Assembly (NCBI RefSeq): GCF_037042905.1 | Contig: NC_087258.1 | Coordinates: 24,552,001-24,616,000 of the forward strand | Direction: 5' to 3' | DNA length: 64,000 bases | DNA from: Lytechinus pictus | Lineage: Eukaryota | Shown here: positions 37,401-49,400 of the stretch, one piece after another | Layout of the letters: every line of letters begins with the position of its first letter | Numbering within the stretch: position 1 is the first letter of the stretch | Translations under genes and position numbers: made by a program | Notes under the pieces: generated by a model | Seen by the model: the letters and a program-made list of their open reading frames with translations, nothing else | What the model was told of the DNA's origin: nothing | Databases searched by the model: none

Positions 37401-40400
37401 ACACTGTCTCACCCTTTCTTTTTGTACATCATTCTACCAATCTCAGGCGCTCATCCTTGAACGATTCACCTTTTACTCTGTAGTAGCTACATGTATATCT
37501 CCTTTAAAGTCATCAATTTCATATATGTATGAATATATTATTGGCATTTTTATTATATTTTCACTGTTTTTATCATGCATCTGATTGCGGTTTTGATGCT
37601 GGAGGCAATATGTCTTAGGGTTGTCTGTCTGTATGTCTTTCCATCCCATGTTTGTTTTCATGCATCCAGACATAATTATTACCTGGGGGGTATTCTCGAA
37701 AAGTCTCATAAGTTTCGTCATAACTTTCCTTATAAGTTACCCATTTAATGGAACGCTAATGGACCTCCAAATTCGTATTCTGAAAACTCTATTAGCGCTC
37801 AATTATTCTCCCTTTAGGCCACTCCCCTACTGAGCCAACTTGGCCAATTAAATGCGCTCTTACAACGTAAAATTTTCTACTAGCCCGCAGTGTCTCTTCA
37901 CTTTGCTGGCTTGCAGTGCAGCGCCCAGCTACAGGTGCACTGCGCCACAATCTTGATACAAATAATTTTTGCTGAAAAATAATGCTAAAAGTGTTTGCAT
38001 CAGAGATTAGAGTTTGTTATGTTGTTGAAGTTAACTGTTGTCTTGATCAACTTCAGACTTGCCTGATGCATACACAGAAGAGTCACAGTGACATTCATTT
38101 GACACAGATTTGGGACATAGTGACCTAGGGCCTGTTACACCAAGCATTGCGATGTATTTCAGATATGAAAGAACAGTGCTGATTGGTTCTCGGTCAGTGT
38201 TTTGAACAAAATCTTGATTGGGTATTACCTTTTTGCGAGTAATTGCAAACCTTTGTGTTAGTAAGTATGGAGCAATGGACTGGATTCGATATTTGACCAG
38301 CCACTCCCAAATCTGACAAAGAGGGAAGGTTCTCTCAAAAAGGCCCAAATAATTATTTGGTCTTCAAAAGGGGAAAATAATCTGAAAGGGGGTCTCGAAG
38401 ATTTCATTTGATAAATGTGAATGTTTTTTGTTGTTGTAATTTGTAAAGATAAATAAAAGATGAGAGTATCTTTGATGCCATTTTTTCCTTACTGCTTAGA
38501 AGTTTCACCAATATTACACAGTGTGCTCACCTGATGCTTGAGGGAGCGCTTACTTCAAACTTTTTTTTCTCCTTAGTTTTTTATGCTCTCATTGAGTTTC
38601 ATTTACATGTACATTCAATCAAGTTATTAAATGGTTATTGTTGATCAATTTCACAAGTGATATATCAATTTAAAGCTTAGGATGTGCCTCTATCCTTGAA
38701 ACTAAATCAAAAACAAAAAATTCATCTACGACTACTTTCTGTTGGTTTTGGGGTGGCAGGCCACATATGGCAAGGTATTTGTGCTGGAATTAATTCAATA
38801 GTTTTATATTATTTTCCTTTTCAGGAGGGCTTTGAAGATCTAGCACAGCGTTCTCCCAGTGAGGCTCTTGCTTACTTTCTCGTCGAGAGGACACGTCTGT
38901 CTGATAACATAGCCACAGAGAGAAGGAAATCCCTCACCAATGAATCGGCCAAGAATCACCTCGATCAGGTAAAGAATGTCTTTCACTAGAACTAAGATCA
39001 ATTCTAAATGAGATGAAATCAATGTTATGATATGTGATAGGTCTATGGCTTCTTAAAATTGATTTTAGCCACAGAGAGAAGGAAATCCCTCACAAATGAA
39101 TCAGCCAAGAATCACCTTGATCGGGTACACTGATTCACTAAGAGTTAAGATAAATTTTTATTGAGATGAAATCAATGTTAAATCTATGATTTATCGAAAT
39201 TGTTTTTTTTTTTGGTATATTGTCACCCAAATGGGACAAATAAAACAGGGCAAAACAAATATCCAAAGCTCCATCAAGATCACAGCAACATGACATCCAC
39301 AACCATGTCTTTCAATGTCCTTTGATGTACTTAAACCCAGTGTTGAATAATCACCCCTTTTTAGTCAAAACTGTACTTGTAGGCGTAGTTATGCTGTTAG
39401 TCAGTCCACCAAAGTTATACACAAGTTCTCCTTGTCATGTATCAGGTTCAGAGAGATCAGATTGGTAAGCTGGAGAAGGAGAAGATCCACCTGGAGCAGG
39501 AGAACAGGCAGCAGATCCAGCGAGTCAAGGAGCTTGAGCTTGAACTCAAGATGATCAAGAACAGGCTGGAGAAAGAGAAGGAGACGCATCATAAGGAGGT
39601 GGAAAAGGTCCAGAAAAAGGCTGGTAGGTAGCGTAGAATACCTAGTTCTAGCAGGGGTGTGAGAGTTCAGATTTTTATCTGATTTCAGATTTTTTTCATT
39701 TTGATTTTCAGCTTAATTTCAGCTTATTTTTGGCTTTCCTCTGTACAAAAAGTATGGGAGCTCTTTCTATTTCAGACTTTTTCTACAAGTTTCAGCTTTT
39801 TTCAGATCTTTTTATTTGTGACCACTCACACCCCTGTTCTAGGCTAGTTCTAATTTACACTTAGCTTCTTGCAGTTGGAATTCATTTCCAGAAGCTTCTC
39901 GGTAATATTTCATCTAAAGTACAGACAGAAATACGAACAAGGAGAGTAGAAACCAATTTGCAGAAAGGGCATGTACTCTCCTTGTTCGTATTTCTGTCTG
40001 TACTTTAGATGAAAGATTACAGATCAGCTTCTGGGAGTGAATTCCTACTTGGAGATGCTAAGTGTAAATTAGAACTAGGTATTACCACTACAAGTCAAAT
40101 GTCAAAGTACACAGCTAATTATTGGTTTGTACATGTACATTGTACACTTCTTGTCTCTATGCAGTGCGTCCCACAAAAAAGGAAACCCGTTTTCAGAGAT
40201 ACATGTAGGTGTCACAATGATTAATATGTTTTTACTATAAATTTGATACTCCTGGCAAGAGTAAGAGTGGAATCTCGTCTCTCATTTGATACCAACAGAT
40301 TAGCAAATCGTTCACGCATGCCAGATTACAAACAATAAATATCGAGGCATATTAGAAACGATTTGCGCAGAAACTTACGGGTGAATCTGAATCCATTCTC

Positions 40401-43400
40401 ATTTCAAGCAACAGTGAGAGAAGATTAACAAATAATACAAAAGAAACTAATGAGCCAGTCGTCGAATATGCAAGGTCGTCGTATCACCAACCAATCTTGT
40501 CCAATTTTTCTGCGCAACCTGGTTTTGACATTAAAATTTCAAACTTGTCTTGCTCATTAATGCGTGAAGTGGTCGTCTCATATTAGGTATCAAAATAAAG
40601 AGGAATAGTGGAATTATATGATTATGTAAATGAAATATCATAATTCATTTTCCTTTTGATTAAAAAGACATGGGAATTCCTTTTTTTCTGGGACGCACAT
40701 TGTATCTGTCTTTACTGCAGATGAAATATTATGAAGCACATTGCACAATCCTAATGTGATTGATGTGATCGATGAATAAATTATAATAGCATTTGATATG
40801 GTCATCCAAACTTTAAAATCTTAATTATCAAAGTTTTTAAAAATAGTGGTATACATACTAAAATAAAATATTTCAATCTATTTTGAGCCTCCCTGTAGGG
40901 AGTAAAAACAAACTAAATTTGAAATGATAATGTCATCATTAACTGTTATTTGTATGTGATTTGGACTTTACTCCTACCACAAGGCTTGCAGTTGTGCATA
41001 ATTTAGATTTTGGTATTCTTAGCATTATGCCGAGCTGTATAGATAATTGTACCTCTTGGAATTTTCATAGTTAAATGTAACATGCGAATTGTACAAAAAT
41101 CTGGTCATAGCCAGATGGTATACTGTCCGGCAGGCTTTAGTGTAGATTTGAACACTATGGGTGTTGGGTCAAAGGTCGCAGTTCTTGCATATTATTAAGT
41201 ACCCTTATCTTTCTTGCTGTAGATGAACAATTACAGAACAGCTCTGGTGAGGAATCCCAGTTGAGGGAGGCTAAGCGTAAATTAGAACAAGGGCTCACCA
41301 CCATGAAATACCGGTTGAAAACCAGTGAAGAGGAGAAGGAAAAGATAACGAAAGAGGTATGTTTTGAACATCATTTTACACTTTTATTGAATCTTTTTTT
41401 TTTTTTTTTCATGTGCTGAGAACAGACTTTATTAATCTGGCAAGGACGTTCCTGGGTTCCGTAACACAAAACCTAGCAATGATCGTAGAACATTTTTCCA
41501 CGATTGATTCCATTGACTACAATGTACAATCAATCGTGAAAATCAAGCTTACGATCAATTGCTAACCTTTGTGTTACGGGCCTCAGGATCAATATGAGTT
41601 ATGATGAATATTCCTTGCCCATTGATGGTGTGTGTGTGTGTCCATCCATCGTTGGTGGTTCCATTCTATGGGCGATGTCATAGCTCGTCTCACAAACCGA
41701 TTAAGCCATAACACCAAATCCCGTGAAAATTGGCCTTATGGAATCTTCATTGTCAAGTAAACCACTTTCTATTTATCGCTTTCTATGTCTTTGTTTAAAG
41801 ATATAATGTTGTATGCACCTTATTATGTCAATGGCAACAGGACAGACCCACTGTAAAATTCCAGAAAAACTCTATAAACAAATTTTACAAATGAAAAATC
41901 CAACATGGGGCATATTGGCACTCCCCCTTGGGGTTGCATGTAAATTTTTGGGAAATTTATATCTGACTTTGATCATGTGCAATCATTGGCAAGTGAATAG
42001 CTGAATGCGCAGTTATGTTTAATGGGGTCAAGCATGGCTGTGCAGGGGTACATGTACTTCATGGTAGTTGCCATAATGGCAAAGTCAACATCGTTGTAAC
42101 AAAGAATACTTGTAAGTCTGTATGAAGAACAGGCCCCTGTTTAGCAATTGTTTGAAAAATGTGACACTAATGCATTTAGATCCTGAAATATTAAACACTG
42201 TTGGGAAAGATAACAGAACAGAATAGAAAACATGAAAGTCGGTTCATCCTGAACCAAAAACTGTGTATATTACGATAAATAGGGATTGAGGAAAATTAAT
42301 GTTGTTCCTTCACTCATTGAAACAGTATTGATCTTTCAAGTTTTTCTGAGTGAGCACACATTAAAGGCAAGATTGTCAATCATCATATTATAAGGAGATA
42401 TGTTCATACCACATTGTGAGTTTTAGCATTTTTTGTTCACATGTATGTATTTCATTGTGTCCTGACTAACTTTTTGAAAACTTGTGTTTTTACCCTTGAC
42501 AACATTTGTATGTTTTATGTGCTATTTTTGTATGTATTTGATATTCATATTCATTTTATTATTTTTCTTCATTAAAGAAATTAAAAATTATCTACTCACA
42601 CAGTAATAATAATAAATACAGCATTTATTATGCGTTATCTACATACTTTTTTAATTATTATTACTGTGTGGGTAGATCATTTTTAATTTCTGGTACATGC
42701 AAAACAAAAATTGTGAACTCAGAATATTTGCAGATTTCTACTTAAAAATGAAGACCCCAAATATCAAGCCCTTTTCTTTCAGTTATTCGTCCCTTATAGG
42801 CTCTGGCTATTGGAGAAGTATTTTAAAGCCACTGCAATAAAAGAGCTTTATAGCATTTTAGCACTTGAAATAGAAATGGGCACAATGCATTAGAGTACTA
42901 ATCCTCCATCATTAAGTCATTCTCAATAGGTTAGTTTGGATTAGTTGGATAACATTGCAATCATTTTATCTGTAATTCCTCCTTATCCTGATGCACCTCG
43001 GAATAGTGTACTAAATAGATGGGCATATTAAATGCTGTACGGTATTTGTTATTATTGTTATTATTTTTATTGTATGGTTGGATCATTGATTTTTAATTTC
43101 TAATACACGCAAAACGAAAATTGGTGAACTCAGAATATTTGTAGAATTCTACTTGAAAATGAAGACCCCAAATATCAAGCCCTTTATTTCACATTAATAA
43201 CAATCCCTTTTAGGCTTAGGCTATCGCAGAAGTACTTTAAAGCCACTGCAATAAAAAGGGCTTTATAGACTTTGAGCACTTGAAATCGAAATGGGCACAA
43301 TGCATTAGAGTACTAATCCTCCATCATTAAGTCAATCCCAATAGGTTAGTTTGGAGTACTTAGTTGGATAACATTGTGTAATCTTTTTAAATGATGATGC

Positions 43401-46400
43401 TTTATTGCACGACAGATATCTGATTCAAATACATTGTATATGTACATGTTCTTTTAGAGTTTAGAGAGTATCGTTAATTGAAAATGTAATAGTCTCCTTG
43501 GTATATTCCTGTTTGATACTTGAAAATGATGGGCTATTTTTAGAATTGGACAGTCATCTTCTCTCTTCTGGGGCCCGTTGCAGAAAGAGTTGCAATCAAT
43601 CCCAACTCTAAAAATCATGTGAAACTTGATTTTCAACCAATCAACAGCGCGCATTTTGGACTTGCGATTGATATTTTGACTTGCGTTTAAACGCAACTCT
43701 TTCTGCAATGGACCCCAGATGTGGTATTGGTAGAATATTAATTGGGGTGGCTGGGGTAGCTATTGGTCATCTGTGCTTCTATTCATCCCTGACCATGATT
43801 AGGGACAAGCCATTGTCCACTCCCCCTTGGTTATTGATTAAATGACCCTTTTCAATTCAAAGCACCACTTGAATGGAAGTAACTGTGCATTATTGAAAAG
43901 AAATTCCTTCGAGTTTGATAGCGCTTTCAAAAAGACAGTGGTTGTTACTCATCCGATCAATATTTGGCTGGACATACATGTACATGTATGTTTGTATGCT
44001 GTACAGAGGAGTTTGCCTGAATCTGTTAAGATTACTACTCATAGATACACAAAGTGGAATCATGTGGAATTTCAATTTGGATTAACTTTTGAGTTTGAAG
44101 ATACCTTTGAACTAGTCAGATTTTTGTGGAACATACTCAATAGCTACATGTACAAGTGTAGTTTTAATTTTGGTTTATGATGCCTTGCCTGGAGATGTCC
44201 TACAGTGTATTTTCAATCGTGCAGTGTGGTATTTATTTTGACATTTCAAGAAAGTGTTGATTATGCCATGCATTTTGGAGGCTGTTTAGATCAAACGAAA
44301 GATCACATTAAGTGCGGCAAGTCAACATTGCAGGCTAAGAGCAACAACTTGATTGGATTTTTAATACCGATTGGCTTTTGCAAGGCATCTATTTATTTCT
44401 GTTTGGAGTGATTTTTTCACCAAAGTGAAAAGGAAAAAAAAAAACATGGCTGCCTACCAAGATAGTAGGGTAAGTGATTAAAAAACAGTTTGATTTTCAA
44501 AATTTTGTTTTGTGTATTTTTTGAAAATGTCTTTCTGTGGAACTACTACCCAAAATACAATGGCCTGTATTCTGAAGTCATGTTCAGCTTGCCTTGGTCT
44601 AACTCTGCTAATTTTATGGGAGCCAAAAACTAAAAAATCCTCCTTATATTGTATATTTCTTACTATTTTGTGTCTGTTTGCTTTCATAATGAATAAAATA
44701 TTTCAGTTATCATTCTCAGACAGTTATAAATGACTTGAGTCTCATAAGAGTTAATAAATTGAACATGTACCAGAGATGTTTGCCTCAATTGGCTCTCCAT
44801 AGTTAAACCACAACTTTAAACCAGGGTTTGATTTAAACCCGAGAATACTGGCCAATATGCTTTAGGTTTAAGCGATATAGGGCCACATCTGCTATAAACA
44901 TTCTACACCAGGGTTACATGAATCACACTCCATTGGTCGTTATTAGATTGAATATCCCTTTTCTTTAAATTTAGGAAGGATGCTTTTTTGTGTCTCCTGA
45001 AAGGAACATGAATCAGAATAATATTTTGCAAATTTTAGTCTGTGATTATAAGACTTTTATCAAGAATATAGATGAAGAATACTAGAGGAGGCAGGGGAGG
45101 AGAAGGAGGATGAGGATGAAGGAGGATGAGGAAAAAAGGAGGAGAGGAGAACGAGAAAGGGAAGAAGGAGAAGATTTACTTCTAATTCGTCTAATGCCAA
45201 TTCGGCCAATTGCCAATTTGTGTACTATCTGTTCTGCCATCAGTTCGTCCACTATCCACATGGTCTAATTGGCAATTCGTCCACTCACCATTTCGTCAAA
45301 TAACGAGTTGGCCCAATAGCAATTTAGTCCATTTGGTCTAATTGGACTAAGTGTTAATTGTGCAAAATAAATATATTAGACCAACTGGTTATGAGACAAA
45401 ATAGTCATAGGCGAAATGGTGATTAGACGAAGTGATGATTGGACCAAATGATTGTTAGAAGAAATGTTGATGGATGGAATGGCATTAGACTATAAAATGA
45501 AAAGTAGACCATGTGAGTGGAGGAGTTGGCAGTAGACGAATTGGCAATTTACCAAGGAGAAAGAGAAGAAGAAAAAGGAGAAAGAGAAGTAGGAGGAAGA
45601 TGAAGGAATAGAAGAAAAGTAGTAGAAGAAGAAGAGGAAGAAGAAGAGAAGGAGATCATAAAAAGCGACTATACAGTGTTTGTATCTTTTGTGATATATG
45701 TGCCATTGTGTGTAGATATGCAGGACTTCACAACAATCTTTTGGTTGTATTGGATTTGGATCTCCCCAGGTAATCTTGCTTGTGGCCTTTCATCATCAAT
45801 CAAACCGACTTATTTTGTAAACTTGATGCTGCCCTCTGTAGTTCTAAAATCATTTTGTCAGTAGTACATAATTGTACATGTACCTATTCAACTATCAGTT
45901 TTCTTTTGAAATAAAATTTGTTACTTAAGGCTATTTTGTGACAGTATCACGAGGATTATTTTCACATTCATATTTTAAGCAAAAAAATAAAAAATATAAA
46001 AACCAAAAAAAAAATTGCCCTGAATATCTACTTTTACATGTTTATTCAAAAAATATTTCAACGAATTATTTTCCTACTATTTAGCTAGAAAGTCTTTCAG
46101 ATGCTTGACTGAGGTTTGTGGGAAATAGCGAAATAAAAAACATTTGAAAATTAGATGCTGAACAATTGTATTTGACATGTTACGCATAGATAGGAAATTA
46201 AAGATAGAAAAAAGTGCTAGTACATGTATATCAAGAGTTAATTTTTTTTTACAATTTTGTGAAACCTAAGTATCAAAATTAATTATTTGTTTTTTCAAAT
46301 CTAAGAGGGAAATTAAACAATACTTTAGAACAGAAAGTGTATTATAGAACAATATCATTTTCAAATATTGACTTGTATTTTTTTACCTTGCTTGAAAATA

Positions 46401-49400
46401 TTTCCTGGTTATAATTATGGTACAAGATTTTCTTGTAAATTAATAAATTACTCATATCTTTATATACCGTTAAAATCTGAATATTAACCAATCAATAAAA
46501 GTCAAATTTGAATTAACTTGTTACATGTACATGTCCACATGCTTTATCCATGCACCTCTGTTATTGGTTTCCTACTCGAGTGCCTCCAAGGCCAATGCAT
46601 ATTAAATGCACTTTAATCATCTCAGCTCAGGCAATTATACTCTGGTTGCCATGGCAGCACTATGCCACTCCGCTGATATTTGAATAGCATGCATTGGAGT
46701 GCTGTGTTTGCTTAGTTAGATCAGAGAATAGAAAGCTCCATTGGCCTGGCTGCATATTTCATGTAATTTCTGACAGGAACAGAATATCAACTCCCACTTT
46801 GTGCTATCAAGAGTAATATTTGTTGATTGGTATCATTGAAGCTCTGATTGTATTTGGTTTGATAATATGTTGGACATGGAATGAAGTATTTGTTGGGTTT
46901 TCTATTAAATGATAAGGTACATGTACATGTATATCATTCAAAATTATTGTAAATAATACAAAACTATTCATAATTATGAATCAGTAACTTATTATGTAAG
47001 AGAGAGAATCAATCTTATCAATTGTAAGTTTGCAAACTATGTACTTGAGTATTGTGCAGAGTGATGTAGCCTACATGTATGTCTCTGTGTAACCAGGCTC
47101 TGGTTACAAAGATGAATGTTTATAATACCCCCCCCCCCGCCCCTTAAGAAAGAGAAAAATAAAAAGGAACAAGTATGGTATTCTATAAATATGTCCTATT
47201 TGAGTATATTCAAGGAGATCTTGATATATTCCCAAACAATTAAACTTTTCTTTGCAAGCTTTGCATTCTTGGTTTTAGTTCAGAGTTGTATGGGCCATTC
47301 CAAACTTCTACTTTTGAATACCTGTATATACAATTGCTAAATTTCCTTTGTCAAGTTTTAGGCCATTGTGCGTAGGCAGGCAAAGAGAAAGACAGAGAGA
47401 GAGAGAGGGAGAGGGGGAGAGATGAGGGGGGGGGGAGACGAATGTAATGTATTTCTTTTCACACAATTCACCCCCTGCAGAGCACTGTATAAAACACTGA
47501 TGGATGTAAATCATCTAAAGAGATCAACGGTAGTGAATTATGATGATTTGCACATTCATTCAAATTTTATGGGATTACCACCCACCTGTTTGCTGGAAAC
47601 ATTGATAATTATGCATATTGTTGAATAAATTGATCATCACTCAGATGAAAGATGGAAGAAAAGGTACGTATTATCTCCTTGGTATAGTGTTTAAGGAAGT
47701 TTGAAAGTATTTTTTTTTTGATGTGGAGAAGTATCAAAGTTCATAATATGCCATACACATAGGAAGGTACATGTCATTGCATAATACAATAATTTTGCAA
47801 TCTATGTTGTTGTATCAATGACAGAAAGACAAGAAATACATGCGAGGTAGGGGAAAATGAAGAGAGTGAGGATAGAGAACAGAAAGGAAGCAAGAAGCCA
47901 TGTATAATCCTGCAATAACTAGGTTTCCCAATGGAATTTATCAGACAGAAAGCACTGACTGTAATGATTTTAATGAGGACCCTTCAGTTTTCAACAGGTT
48001 GTCACAGACTTGCAGATTCCTAAACTTCTATGGCGGAGACGATGCAGAAACCCTCCAACCAATGAATAACTGTCTCAAAGATGTATTGGAATGTTTATAA
48101 ACAATTTCCCAATCTCCTAGAAAAACACTGGAAACTTTGAAAAACGAACGTTTTCACATTTCCTTGAGATAGTTGCCACTTTGCCACAAGGACACCCAGA
48201 CTCGATTGCGAACTGATTTCTTTAGCGAGCTAGAATGATATCACAAACCAGAATCATCCATCAAAACAATAAAACAGAATATGTTATTTCGGGAGAGGAT
48301 TCAATTGCAGTGTTTTCCCCTCTTTTCTATTAAAGCCCACCCACCACGAATGTTACATGTACCCAGGAGTGAGTGGATGCAATGCATGTCTAAACCAGAA
48401 GTAGGCCCATTCCTTTGAGATCGGCTCAGATTGCATTGAGTCTGCTGTGCAAACCCCTCACTCGAGTTAAAGGGTCTGAATGTTCAGCCTAAAATGATTT
48501 GCATACCGAAGGTAGTCTGCTGTGCAAACCCTTCACTTGACTAAAGGGTCTGAATTGCAGCCTACCTCATGCCTTGTGTCCTGAAGGCCCTCTCGCTCAA
48601 CAGCAAGTTTTGTATGTGCTAGTCTTTGCGTGGAGACACACTTGATCAAAGTTTCAATCAGGGTCTGTGCCTGAAGACTAAGACTATACCTAAGGCCCTT
48701 TTGAAACAGCAAGTTTAATATGTGCTATTCTTGTGTGAATACCCACTTGTTGATCAAATTTTCAACCCAGGGTTTTTAGCTTTCATGGTCCTACAGAATG
48801 ATTTCAAACTGCACCTTTTTTCATCATTTCATATTCTGAAAGATATTTATCTTTATGACTGACAAAAATTTGATAGTCTATAAACACAACAAAGCAAAAA
48901 CTGTGATTCAAGAGTAAATAGTGTTGATTGAATACAGTTGATTAAATACAGTGAGATACCCCCTTTTGCAATTATGTCAAATTATTGTTTCAGAAAAGGA
49001 GGAAAAGAGAGAGAGAAAAATGAAGAGAGCTGTGGAGGGAGGGGGACAGATGTCAAATACCTCTTCTTAGGGAAGGATATAAATAAAAGAAAACTAGAGG
49101 CCAATATAAGATGACTTAAAAGCTCTATTGTCAGGACAACCAGGTAGGCTTGCTATAGGTCCATGCTATAATCATAGAGCTTTAGGTCCATGCTATAATC
49201 ATAGAGCTATAGCTCCATGCTATAATCCAGCTTGTTTGACCCAACCCTTTTCAATTGTGAAGAGTTGAAGATTACAGCTTTTTCAATCTTGCAAGGGTCT
49301 AGCCATCATCTATTGAGCCGTGTTTAGACGAGACTAAAATCTATCAAAAACTAGAAAAGAGCGTTTGAAAGCTCCCACAGGGTAGTGAAGCAAATTTGTG

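Noticed and set aside
40009-40224. ORF MKDYRSASG.. as a real or mutually exclusive exon
   Set aside because: In the phase required by the upstream exon it hits TGA after 10 codons, and no matching donor is evident. It is treated as a pseudo-exon.
47900-48300. Moderately complex sequence with a 66-aa ORF in the large intron
   Set aside because: No recognisable domain, no convincing splice sites, and no coiled-coil character.
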